DNA of 64,000 nucleotides from Perkinsus olseni (Eukaryota): NCBI GenBank assembly GCA_013115125.1, contig JABANN010000008.1, positions 1 to 64,000 of the forward strand, read 5' to 3'. Shown piece by piece: positions 12,972 to 25,550 of this stretch (position 1 is its first letter; each line of letters starts with the position of its first letter). The notes under the pieces were generated by a model. It saw only the letters and a program-made list of their open reading frames with translations, ran no database searches and was not told where the DNA came from. The position numbers and the translations under genes were made by a program.

Positions 12972-15163
12972 ATGACAGAATCTCCCAAAAAGAGAGGTTC
13001 CGTCGTGAAGGAATCTTCCCATGCTTCGAAGGCCATGGGGGTGATTCTTCCTTGCATTGGGTATTTTATGGTACTAGCTTTTGGTCCAACAATCCTGAGG
13101 CGATGCGCAGTGGCTGCCGGACTCGATCTAAATGGTCATGGGTAAGAACTACTCGCTGCAATGCCTGCCAGTCGAGTGTCTTCTTCAGGACAACAGGAAA
13201 TGCTCTGGCGGACGCCGCGGGTGTGGTCCTCCTATTTTTGGTACTGGCTGAGGCTCCCTTGCCTGGTCCATTAGTTGTGACAGTAGCTGCCACACTTGCG
13301 TCCATTCCGATGCATGTAGGCGGGGACTTTCTGGTGGTCGAACCGGTCTGGTTTGCCTACAGGTTTACGGCACAGCAGTGAAGGCGATGCTCAGTTATGT
13401 TGACGAGTGGAGCTTCATGGTAATGGGCGGTGGAGAATCGGACGACTCTGTTCTTTTCGGTATCATACACGGCTGGCGTGCACGAGGGCCTGGTCCTTGG
13501 TCCTTTCATAACACGATTCGGTCGTCATGCTACGATCTTGTCGCAGGCATTTGTTGTTCCGTACACGATATGCTGTACATTCTGGCTGACGTCGACGGCC
13601 GCGTATGTAATTGAGTACTTTAACTTGTTCCCAGTGGAGGGAAGGATCATTCAGCCCCGTAGGAGACTGTTACCCGAGGATCCTAAGTTCCAAAAGTACG
13701 CTTCTCGATGGCGTCTAGTGAAGGCTGGATTCAGACTGCTCTCAGGCTGCTACGAGTATGCGCATTGAACACGATCGTACTGGTGCCCCTCATTGGTATG
13801 GGAAGCTTCTACCTGCAGCACTACCGAGACACCATCGGCTTGTACGTGGACATGGATCCTGAGAGGCTCCCGTCGAAGCTGGAAATAGCAGTGCAGATGA
13901 TGTAATAAGTAGCCACCTGGCCTCATTGTATGGCATGGTGACGTACTGCTTCGTCTATTCCGGCCGAGGGCTTGAGAGAAGCGCCCATGTTTTACAGCTT
14001 GTCGTGAGAACTCATAGTACCAGTTGATGATAATTCGCTGTGTCACTTGTGTGTGCGCGTGATGAGAATGAAGAGAGCTGGATCGCTGAGATTGGTTTCC
14101 TTGTCGTTGCCCAGTTACTTTATATTAGTCAACGAGTTCCTCTTCTTTTACGGTCACTGGTTATTCCACGCTAGTCCCTATCTATACAAGAAGATTCACA
14201 AGATGCATCACGAGTATCCAGCACCGAATGTATTCGCCTCACTGTAAGATCGTAAAGATTAATCGGCCAAGTATTCCTGTGCCACGAACGGTTGTTTATG
14301 AATGTTTGTTTACCCCTGGCCGGCACAATGACTTGGATATGTTTAGGTATTGCCACCCGTTGGAGTTGGTCATAGCGGATTTCGTTCCTCTCGGAGCTGG
14401 AGCTTTCTGTCTTGGCGCGCATTGCTGTAATACATGAGGGCTGGTCAATTGTTGCAACTGATGACTAGTATAGGAATACGACGATCGATTTGTAGAATAT
14501 TTTGGTCGCCCTTCGTTGGCGCGATGGAGGAGTTTTCGTGCTCTGAACAGCGCTTGCCGCTCGTAGGCTGCTCTCGAGTGACCGTTTCGGTGAAGCGTTT
14601 TCTCGGTTTCCCGCCTGTGGAGTGCAGCATCATCGGTCTACCTAGTTCCCTCCGTGACAATAACAACGACGTTTCCTCCTCAGCTACCTTCCTTCTGTGG
14701 TCGATTTATGCGGTGTTGGGGACAGAGGCTCATCACAGTGGCATACGGTAGTCTCTCAGTAGCTCGGTCTGTGCTGCGGCCTTTCGGGTGGGATCTCGAC
14801 CTTCGTGCAGGCAGGCGCACATAGTCGAAGTTGTAGCTCTGTGAAGCGGTGGAAGAGTGAATAGTTTGTTTTAGGTGGCCGTGGATTGTGTGGTTTGATC
14901 ATCAGCCTGATTTCCACGACTTTCATCATGAAAAGTTCCATGTCAACTACGGGAATATAGGATTCCTAGATAAAATGCATGGTAGCACCGGGGATTGAAC
15001 CTGTGCCGAAACACGCCTATCGATCTGTAGTCTGGTGCGTCCGCTGTTGAACTACTCGGTAGGTACTGATGGTCTGTGGAGAGCCCATCTGGCTCAACTG
15101 AGGGCTTTACGGGAAAAGGAGGGGCCAGAGTCGGTGACCGCGTTAAATCGCTATTGTGACTAG
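12972..15163 (+). CDS. Sterol desaturase / fatty acid hydroxylase family oxidase (C-4 methylsterol oxidase-like, multi-exon)
   Basis: Histidine boxes HWLFH, HKMHH, AHHSG and FHDFHH, plus YCHPLE, NYG and LDKMHGTD. Confidence 0.88.
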
Positions 15164-15638
15164 CGATTCCCATGCATCAGAGTCTCATTGCGTACAGCAG
15201 GATTTGTCACTCGACGTCCAATGTCTACTTTTTTAAATTCCTTCATCTTGTGGTATCGGTGCACGCATGGCAGTCTTCGTCTGAATCATTCCAACGCCTA
15301 ACGCTAATGGAGTATGGATCCCCCAAGGTTCGAACCTGGGTGTTACTATTTCCAGTCCATTAGCGTTGTTGTGCACGAACTTTACGAGCTCAAGATGGTT
15401 ATTGTTGCGTCTTTCACACGAAGGGCAGGAGTGTCTAGTCGGTACCAAAGTGTGGGAAAAAGCACGGACTGTTCGCGTTCCCACAGCCCGTGAGTGAGCG
15501 AGTGGTGAGTGGCTGTAGTGGACTTGTGACTGTCGCTTATGTCTGGTTATGTCACATAACCAGACATAAGCGACAGTCGAACTTATGTGGGTTTGGTGAT
15601 ATGACGTTCGAAGTTTTTTGCGACCTCCCATCCAAACG

Positions 15639-16215
15639 ATGCCGGCCTCCACAAAAACTAATCACGTAGATCAGAAGCAGAAGGATGAAACGGTGAAAGT
15701 GTACACTAAGGAAGAGGTTGAAGCCCACAATAAGAGCGATGACTGCTGGATCATAGTCCACGGTTCGGTGTATGACGTCACGGACTTCGTTGAGAGCCAT
15801 CCTGGCGGACCGGAGGTGAGGTATCTTTCTAGGCTGTCGAGGGGATGCTTGGTGATGTAGGTCATCACCACAATCAGCGGTGGGAACGTCACGGAGGATT
15901 TCGAGGAGATCGGGCATTCTGATGAAGCGAGAAGGCAGGCGAAGGCACATAGGATTGGGGTGTTGGAAGGATACGAAGAAGTACTACGGCCGGGATTTGA
16001 TCCGGGGACCCTCAGGGTGACGGTCTGATCGCTCAACCTTTCAGTCCAAGGGGATTCCTATGAACTCGGAGCTCGAATCAAGCGGCGGAGTCGTTGGCGT
16101 CGGAGTTCTTCCTGTCATTTTGATTGCTGGCGTAGCCTTCGTGGCCTACTATGTAGGAAGTTAGTGGCCGTGTCATGGTTCACCTCTCCTCTCTCAGGTT
16201 ATGAGTGGCCACTGA
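15639..16215 (+). CDS. CYB5: Cytochrome b5 with C-terminal membrane anchor (4 exons)
   Basis: [44 protein letters not shown] and tail [17 protein letters not shown]. Confidence 0.93.
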
Positions 16216-16663
16216 GGCGGCCCTGACAGGAGCAGTGTAGTTTTATCTTAGAGTTTTTCGTGCATACGTAACGCGCCCCCATTAGTTTCTGAAGTTCATC
16301 ATGCTGTTACGACGCAGTCGGTCAATTCATTGAGGAGGGGAATTATAGATAGTGGTACCCTGAAAGTCTGACGCTCCTATACTGGGAGGGCCAGCCTTGC
16401 TTATTGGGAGCTGTTACGGTAACAGTGTTACCAGTGTGGCTGAGTAGAGTGGCCTGCGATGTCCTGAGCGGACTCCTCTCAGAGGAGCATTCTTGCAAGT
16501 TGTGCCCTCTCGTAGCGTGATCAACACGAGAACTGCTGGTGGTGGCCAGTGGTCGAGGGAGACTCGGTTGCCTCGACAGCCCAGCTTCTGCCTCATAGTT
16601 CTCTATGAATGGAGTAATGAGAACTTCTAGTTGTCTGCAGTAGTCGCTGTACTCATCATATGG

Positions 16664-17500
16664 ATGCTGTCTAAATTCCTACAGCTGCCGGAGACCGTCT
16701 CGACTGGTAGACTCGACGTTCCTACGGTGAGTTTGAGATGCTCAGGACGCATCGGGGAGCCCGAACCGGTGCCTCGCCATCTGTGCATGCCTCTCCTAGG
16801 AGCTTACCAGTGAACTCACCACGCCATTTCTCGTTTAACCTCAGAAACCGCTCGGGACCGCCAGGAGGTCGGCAGTCAATACCGTTAGTCTATACACCGG
16901 CGGCCCAGAAGCAAGCGAGGGGCCCGGAAGGGACAGCTGCCTCGACTTTCTTGGTGAACGACGAGTGAAAGTCTGGACGATCTCTTCGCATGCGGATTCC
17001 ATAGATTGTGGACCGAGTTCGGCGAGGTCATCGGACGTTACACAGGTGGAAGCGGAGGCGGAACCTGAGCCGGAGGAGGTGCTACTGCCAAAAGCCTTTT
17101 GGACTCCGCCTTTTGGACGTGCGGGTTGACGGCGTCAACTCGTCGTCGTTGCATTGGGTCATGAGGCTGCCATCATACCGAGGCTACAGAGCCTCCGCGG
17201 TTGGTACGGACCTGATTCTTACAGGTAACGAGTCCCTCTTCCGTGCCTGCTAGCTCTGCGGAAGTTGACGTGACGGGTCTTGCACTGGCAGCAACTACAG
17301 CTAGCGTGTTGGTCAAGGGAGTGATCGCTAAGGGAGCGTTGCTCAATCCGAAGGCAAGAGGATTCTACGGGATTTCTCTGTGATATCTTGAAGGATGCCT
17401 AGCATTTGTATCCAGTTGGCATCCGTACCAACCATCGATCAGGTCTGTCACTCTATCATGCTTTGCGCTTCATCTGGTACCGTCTAGATTGAATATAATT
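16664..17500 (+). CDS. Hypothetical protein (spliced, boundaries uncertain)
   Basis: Exon-like blocks MLSKFLQLPETVST, EPEEVLLPKAFWTPPFG, AAIIPRLQSL and VDVTGLALAATTASVLVKG separated by short GT/GC-AG introns. Confidence 0.3.
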
Positions 17501-17568
17501 ATGAGACCCCCCGGGGATGCGGTTCCTTCTCTTCTTTGAGCCTGTCGTTTCAGATCTTGCTGCTGTCG

Positions 17569-20500
17569 ATGACACCGGGTGGGCTTGGGCCGATGCGGTA
17601 CGTAGCTCCCCCGTCAATGATGCATAACGAGACCTTTGCGGAGCTCATATTCCCCGGCTTCGGCTCACGCAGTTTCATATGGCGCGTCTCGTGCCTCCAG
17701 GTGAGCTACTCTCGAGTTCCCGTTTTCCGCTATCGTGCCGGTCTCTGTCAGCTAATTGCGACAATGACAGGTCATGGGATATGGTCATGTGGCATCAGGT
17801 GCTCGAATTCATCTCGTCATTGGCCGTAGGACAGCAGAACGGCGCGCCGGCTACCTGCACCCTATTTTTGATGGGGGCAAGCTGGGGCCCGAGTATAGCA
17901 AAGTAGTGAACACTGAGCTTTGGTGTTCTCGACAGGTCTCTGGCAGGGGCGGACTTTGGCGACTAATCGCTCCGATGGGGCTGCACGCTAATATGCTGCA
18001 CCTCTTCGTAAGATCTTCCGGCTAAGGTCAACTGCGAGAATACGGCTGCCTTTCAGTTCAACATATTTTTCCAGCTGCGGATGGGCTTCGGTATGGAACG
18101 GCAGTTCGGATTCAAGAAATTCATGAGTCTATATATGCTTTGCGGGTGACTCCCTCCGCGGGGTTGCGTCTTTCGAAGTCTTGCACAGGAGTAACGGCGC
18201 CTCAGGCCGCGCCTGGTATCTTCCCTTGTTGCGCTAATTGGAGTCTTTCGGCTCAGGTTGGTCGGTAACTTGATATCGGTGGCAGTGGATCCTTTCAAGT
18301 TGGCAGTTGGTGCATCAACGGCAGGCTTCGGTCTGGTGGGAGTTTGGCTGGCTGAGATTGTGAGCCGGGGCCAGGAATCGTCTCAATCTATCTTTTCTGT
18401 ATTTCAGTTCCTGTCTTGGCACGTACTTGGACCTCACCGTGACCGCACTATGGTATGGGTTGCATTTGTCACTGTAGGGTGCATCGTAATGTCGACCATG
18501 CAGCCTAATATCGACATGTTCGGGCATTTTGGTAGAGCTGGGTACGGCTAAAATGGGGTTCTTCTTCCATGTGCACCTCGTGCTCAAACGTGCGCTCAGC
18601 GTTGGAGGAACTACGAGTGCCCGAATGGCGTCATCGGATGGTTGCTGCTGTTGTTCAAACAGACTCTTTCAAAATGGAGAGTGGGACTCCCTCCCAGTTG
18701 CCAATGTTATGATGTTCTAATACCTCTAGACGTCGTTTTCTGATGTTACTAGAGCTGTAACAGCAGTGAGAGCTCTGCTTCTGGAGGCTCCAGGCTCAAG
18801 TTGCTGTTGTGATCTGGATGATTCTGTACGCAACTAGTAGGTAGCGGCCAGTTTCACCCCGAGAGTCTGTCCGGGACATACTCTCGGGGTGAAACTGGTC
18901 GTCTCCTCAAGCTCGGATATCCGACTGAACAGTGAAAGACTACAGAGCGTTTCACCGCTAGCCACAATCTCGGTGTTGCCACTGCTTGCCAATACGTTTT
19001 CGTATACACGTTCGTTCGACGAACGCGATCGTTCTGCGGAGGCCGTTGGCAAAGCTCCTGCCGCTGGACGCTTTTGCGCAGTTCGCAGATGTGGACAGCA
19101 CTTCAACTCGCACGAACTCGCCGGTTCGGGCTTACCCGAGGGCGTGCTTCGTGGATTCCCGAAGAACAAGCACCCTTACAAAACCTCATCAGAGGAGGAC
19201 TCTTTGGCAGCTGGCGTGAAATATGTCAACGAGCAAGAAAGAGACCAAGTGAGGCGTCTCTTCGGAAAGGGCAACTACACATCAGACGGGCTGGGCAGAA
19301 GTCTTTATAAGGAGCTCTTATACCCTCCGTGACTCAAGTATCGGTGGAGAGCACACCGAGTTTCGGCCCGGCTTGCTCTTCGATTGGGAAGTCAGTGACC
19401 GTGCCAACGCTGCTGATCGATGTGAACGCTCCTCGATCCCAGTCCTCCATCGCCATGTATTCAGCAATCCTAAGAGCTGAAGGCTTGCACGGCGGTCGGC
19501 CTCCCACACCATTTTTCGCAAGATCTATGGTTTAAGTATAGATCTTGCGATTTAGTACTAAGCGAGGCGTTTGTCACCGCTGAATGGCATAGAATGCCTC
19601 AGATGATTTAAGAAATAAATGAGAAGTGTACGATTTCTCGCAGTACTCAAAACGAATGTGGTTAATCGTTCGCTTCTATCGACGATCACGAAGACGACGT
19701 GTATTTTGGGATGGTATGCTAGGATGAATGGATTTGACTCTGAGCGTGTCAAATCGGAACTGACGTATGAGACATTTGGCTAATAAACATTCGCTACCAA
19801 TAGATCAATATGCTTTTGAAGACCCTGTGGGCGCATGGTAGATGTTCCCAGCACGCCAGAAAGCGTCGCTTTGCAGCTCGCCAGCTCGCGTTACAACCAC
19901 GAGTTGTGGCGAGGGAAAAGATGCGAAGCACATTATGTGGCCATCTTCGTGGTCTTCTGCCGTATTATTCTTCACTTGGAGTGAGTCGTTTCATACACGA
20001 AAGTACTGCGTTTCATTCTTCTACGCACGTCAGCCTGGCGGCGTCAGAGGCAAATAACCTGCACCAACACGTTATCGATGGTCCGACCATCATGGTCGTT
20101 GTTATCGCTCTGCAAAGAGCCCCTTGTCATCCTTCGTTTGTTCACGCCGCAGTGATATTGTGATTTCAGGCGGTGCTCTGGCGGGCTTTCTTGCCGCTAC
20201 TATGATTAGCGACATGCCGGATCAATACAAGCCAAGGTGAGAGCAGACGTTCCTTTACGCGGTTGTGTCCGTTGTCATCAGCCACACTGAGCTATCAGCC
20301 GAGGTAGGAGTATGATTGTTTCTCGCTTGCAATAAGGTGGTATGATGCTGCCCGGGTGGGTTCTGGTATCGCTCTGGCCTCGCTGATCGGCATATGCGGA
20401 GCCAAAATCGGCCTGTACACCCCCACATGGTGAGGCTCGGTACGGGAGCCGAATGGCTGCGTACGCGGTGTTCCAGGCCTGTGCCCGACTGCGGCAGTTT

Positions 20501-20606
20501 GCTGACTCCTCACAAGTGGTAGCGACGTCCTACGTCCACCAGGATGGCTCAGCTCCGATCCCGAACTATGTATCGTATCGATTCACAATCATGTATGAGT
20601 ATTTGA
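17569..20606 (+). CDS. Rhomboid intramembrane serine protease (multi-exon, one ~1.6 kb intron)
   Basis: LWRLIAPMGLHANMLHL, FNIFFQLRMGFGMERQFG, AVGASTAGFG (catalytic Ser) and NIDMFGHF|GGALAG (catalytic His). Confidence 0.92.
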
Positions 20607-20803
20607 TTTGAAGCTATTGTGGGCTTGGGTTTTGTGGAATTCTCGGTCGACGAGGGGAGCCGATGCTTGTAACCTATCTCGGCAGCTCACGCGTCACGCA
20701 GGGAACGTAGAGTTACCTCAGGCGGAAGCGCTACGTCCCCTTTGACTTGGCCCATTCTCCCGTCCGACTCTGTGGAAAATTAAAAACCAACAGTATATAT
20801 GTA

Positions 20804-20867
20804 CTCCATTGCGATACTTCTTCTTCTTCTTCTTCTTCATCTTGGCTCACTGGCTCCATTGCGATAC
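20804..20867 (-). mobile_element. 36-bp truncated non-LTR retro-insertion with (GAA)7 tail and 14-bp target-site duplication
   Basis: CTCCATTGCGATAC at 20804-20817 and 20854-20867 flanks (TTC)7-ATCTTGGCTCACTGG. Confidence 0.7.
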
Positions 20868-21053
20868 AAATCGGTCTATTTTACGGACAGCCATGCTTCT
20901 GGGATGAAGGCCGTTGGGATCATGGGCAACGGGCCCGTATCGGTCACGGGCAGGGCAGGACCTTGACTTCCGGCATCGACATTCAGGAACTCTCGTTAAG
21001 ACGGGCCTGGGGACCACTTTTTAGAACTTGGCCGGTAGGGCTCACGCTGTTTC

Positions 21054-22995
21054 ATGGCACTCCTGGTGCGACGGCAACTACGTCGTCTACCGCGGAAGTT
21101 GGCAACAGCGAGCTACTGCACATCTGCGTTCAGCTACCCTCTTGGAACAAAGGTGAGAAGCCCTCTGACTGATCTTACAGTGCCGGAGGAAGTCAATCGA
21201 AGCAAGGTCTCTCTCGAAAGGTGTTGCCTGACTATCAGCGGCTGGGTGAGGCAGCGGTCCCTAGACATGCCGGCATCATCGTTGCAGATGCGACGTGAGT
21301 CATACGAGTGACAGCTCTGCTACTAGGCTAGGTCTTTCTTCGAATGTGAAAGTCGAGCTTAGGGCTCTTGCAGGGTTCCTTTAGTTGGAATCCTTTGGAT
21401 AAGACAGATTGGGCCTGTCATCGGCTGTTGGTTTCCCAGATACGACCTCTCGGTCGAGGACATACTTGTTTTAGACGACATCCCGCCGGACTTCGCATTT
21501 TGTCGGATGCTTTCGGAGAACAGCGGCGATCTGAGAACTCGAGAAGGATCTCTGACTCTGCTCAACAGCTTGGGCCTCGGTCGATACAGCGCAGCAACTG
21601 TAAGGCAGATTCCCGTGTTTGCCGATGATCTCTCCTCGTCAGATCACTCGGTTGGAGGCACAGTTCGGCGTGGGTACGGTGCAATGCGACGGTCCCGAGA
21701 AGATGTCTGAAACACTACGGAAGCGGAAATTTGACAAGATTGTGAGTCGGGAGGCTTAATGGACTATATCGCCATTATTCCTTGCCCTCTCCCATCTTTC
21801 CTTTATCTGGTCGTCATAGGTGATCAACTTCCCCCACGCCTTACTGCCGAAGAAAATAGCCAAGTTCAAGATTACCGCGGACCCGGAACAGGGTGATCAA
21901 CATGACCACACTAACAGGCGTCCCTCCGGCTGAATTCTGATTGTTCCCTTGCCATCCTTGCGTCGAGCAGCATGGCTGCCTTTGTCAGTCACTTCTCATG
22001 GAAGAAAGTCCTCGAAGGTTCGTGATACCAGTGAACAGTCCATTACGGTTGAGACCGGACTTGTGAGAGATGTGGAGTCCCCGTCCCTCAATCGATATCT
22101 GACAGCCATCTTTGCTACCGCTAAAGGCGCACTCCGCCATCCACATGGAGAGGTAAGCAAGAACTTGGCCATCGCGTGAGAAATACCGCTTCGGCGCATC
22201 TCGGAGCAGCCCTGTCCGTCGAGAAGAAAGTGTCAACGCCGTCTCGTTTAAACTTCGTTTTTTTTGCTAGGCAAGCATCTCAATTCCAATCTGGTTCCCT
22301 AGTAGTGAGTCCCTACCCGTAGAACGGGCTCCACATTGTTGCGCTTCGGCCGATCTTAGTCTGGTCGAAGGCTCCGGAATCACAGCTCATTGTTTCTTCT
22401 GAATCAGCTTCATCTGAGACTACTCCGACAGAAGACGTTCAATCGACCAGGACGGGCGCTAGAGCGAGCGGTGTATCATTCCGGCTTGGCATTGATACGG
22501 ACGATTGACCTTGGGGCAGATGAGGGCTCAGTAGGGCTCACTAGTCCGTTCGGCTCAACGTCGCCCCTTCCAACTCAGGCTCTCTCCCGACTAGGGTACC
22601 GCCCCAGGGATCCGACGGGGAGAAAAATCAATCTCAACGAGTGCCTGACGCTGGTGTTCGGAGCGCGAGTGGACGGAGTATCACCGGACAGCTACGACGA
22701 TTTTCTTGGAAAGTCTCTTATTTTGTGAACAGATTTCGAGTGCTGCCTGAGTTGGAGGAATTCGTTTCTCGCACTACTATAGCTTACTGCGGGTACGCCG
22801 TGTCATCGCTTACGCCTCACGGAGCCACTGAGTGTTTCTGTATCTTGGACGCGCTTTGTTTGGTTTGCTATTTACATTTTAACGAGCTCTGAGCAGACTG
22901 CCAAGACAACATCCACAGAACCTCCGATGGAACGAAGTGATGACGATATACCAAGTACAGAAAGATTCAACGAATCACATGGAACAATAAACTAA
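21054..22995 (+). CDS. Putative BMT5/DUF2431-like rRNA methyltransferase-domain protein (multi-exon)
   Basis: Spliced FDKI|VINFPH resembles the FDxIxFNFPH motif, with downstream LGYRP. Arg-rich, acid-free N-terminus MALLVRRQLRRLPRKLATAS suggests mitochondrial targeting. Confidence 0.45.
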
Positions 22996-23496
22996 GTATT
23001 TACTAAGTCCGCGAGAGCCCTTGCCACTGCCAGCGAAAGATACTTGACCATGACGCCGCTTCATCGCTCCTGTCAACCCTCACTAATTGTTCGTTCGCGA
23101 AACTTGGGTGACGATGGTATCGGTAGCTCAGCAGGGAGATGAGGAAAAGATAGCAAGATCCAGTTGAAGTGGAATGTAGAACTCAACACTCTAGACAGCA
23201 TGAGAGGGAGCGCTACAAGCACTGTGAAAAGGGATGAAGCCTATAACAGCAGGGGCAACCGCTGTATGGTCATAAACGCGCACTATTCATTAGATAAATC
23301 TGCCTAATAAAATTCGTGATATGGAACATACGAGACCTACACCAGCATAAGAAGCAGTTGTGGCCAGAAGCGCTGGGCGGTCACCATCGCAGAGTGGGTT
23401 AGATGGGAATACAATGATAAGATCAATCTGCTTATCCTCATCCGTAACATGATGGATACAATAATCAGAGCGTGAACGAGACCTAGAGGATTAGAG

Positions 23497-24725
23497 TTAG
23501 TGGCTGCGATGAGGCTCCTCGAGATCATCACTATGAGACTTGGTGAGCTGTTCCTTTCCGGGTGGCGAGCGGAAGCATACCGAGCGGAATGGGAAACCGA
23601 GAACATCATCATAAACAAGTTGACCATATATGAGCACTACGAAACCAAAGGCCTGTAGAATAGAGTACCAGGTGAGAGGCTCCCCCAGGTGACGATCGGT
23701 GCTTGTGTAGTGCCTGATACAGGATACAGAACGATGTGAAACTCATTTTTAGGAGGTACCCGAACGTACATTAGAACGGATAGTATCCACACGGATACGG
23801 TTCTTGTAATTTGTAAGAACGATCTATGCACTGCTGATGCCTCTACTGTCACCAGTGCAGCACTTATCTTGAATATGAAGAAAGCTGTGAAGAGGCCCGC
23901 TGCCAGGCTCATAAGGGTGGCAGACTCCCACAGCATCATCAGCGTATCACAAGTATTCTCTAGGACATTTCCAACATCATTTCCGGATATATGTTGCAGC
24001 AGCGGTAGGACGAAAGATGTCATCACGAGAGTCCCCCAGAAGCCCTCCACCCCAACCATGAGCAGTGCGGGTAATGTGTGCGGCGGCTTCAAAAGATACT
24101 CCTCCACCACGAACTGAGCACCTCTTAAAAACTGGGCAGCCAGCACGAGGCCGAGGCCGAGGGCTATATCAGTCTTCCCGGAACTGCTCGAGGTCCCTTT
24201 AGAAAGGATGTGCGCGATACTGACAGGGAATAGACCGAATACGCAAATACACAGGCCGACCAAGTTACTGTCTGTGAACCTCTTACGTAGAAAAACTCGG
24301 CGAAAAAGTGCCGAGAAAATGAGGACACTTCCCTTGAGGATTTGGAAAATCGATGTGGGAATGAAGACCAATGAGATGTTCTGCAGTGAGGAGCCGCAAA
24401 GGTCGCAGAGAGCGGGAATGGCTACAACGAAAAGCATCTTCACCTTCACGGGCCGCAGGCTTTTACGGTATCTTTCGAACGATAAAGAGACCAAGTGCAC
24501 CAAAGCGGAGGTTAACATTGCCAGTGTTGTGACCGTTGTAACGAAACCTGGCTTGACGAAGAGGTGGGGAGCCGCGTCAGCGATGCCGACAGACGAAGTC
24601 TGATACATTGTCTTCATGATAGTGTAGGTTGCGGTACCAGACAAAATACCAACCAGAAAGTACAGTAGGTAACGAGACATGGATATCGAGCGGGCTACGG
24701 AGAAAAAGGCTCTAAAGAGCGCCAT
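23497..24725 (-). CDS. SLC35F6-like nucleotide-sugar/DMT-superfamily transporter (2 exons)
   Basis: Multi-TM ORF with IPALCDL, SIFQILKGSVLIFSALF, GAQFVVEEYLLK and VGVEGFWG; last exon LGEPLTWYSILQAFGFVVLIYGQLVYD. Confidence 0.82.
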
Positions 24726-25550
24726 CGCAGGGCACCCCAACCCTGCGGCGGGAAAAGTGGATTAGAGCAGGGAAGGTTCCACAGTTCAACCCGACTTTAC
24801 GCGAGGCGAACGAAGATCTAAGGGAAGCATGTCCTAACCGAGCCAGAACTACTTCTGACTGAAATCTGGATAGCTATGGGAGAATCGATTACACCGCGAT
24901 GCACGCACGAGATCACTTGCCGAATGCGCATGCGTGCACACCTTACACACTGGCCGTGTACGGGGACTGATGAACACTATAAACACATTTGGAACTTCGC
25001 GGATAGTATTTCAGTGGCATTCATGTTCAACTATTTCATTATTCTCCTCGTGAGTTTGCCATAAGCTTCGTCCGTTATCGTCGACCTATTCTACTATTTT
25101 CTCACATGCGTCATCATACTGCAGAATTTTTCCGCCATAAACCAGCTGCGAGCGCTAATATACTCCCCCGTAGTGAATGTGCAAAATGGAGGCTGAGCAT
25201 AGTGACTCGCCAAGCTAACGACGACATCGACACCGATGGACGTGCCATCGCGCCGAGTAGGACAGTATCGGCAACTCTCCAAGCCGTAAAGCTGCCTTTG
25301 TACGTATGTGCATGTTCTTTACAAACCTCTCACCGAAGCGAGCCGGCTATGAAGCTACCGTTGGACTACGCGGAAGCTTTGCGGAAATACCACCATTGGA
25401 GGACTACCGAGGATTAGACTAACACAAGGAGTGAGGTTGGAGACGCAATTCAACTTTACATCGCGAAGCTGAGAGAAAGTGAGTTAAAGAAGCGAAATAG
25501 TATCTCCTCCGGTGACAGGCTGGGTGCTCATCGGAGGCAGCTCTGGCTGT

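Noticed and set aside
15315-15345. Further T-loop or A-box-like fragments (also ~23118, ~59090, ~10900, ~12845, ~3880)
   Set aside because: Too short to separate from chance without a covariance model; not counted among the tRNA relics.
20838-20849. Spliced-leader relic (CATCTTGGCTCA) or Alu-like 3' sequence
   Set aside because: Only 12 nt match, and it is better explained as part of the TSD-flanked insertion.
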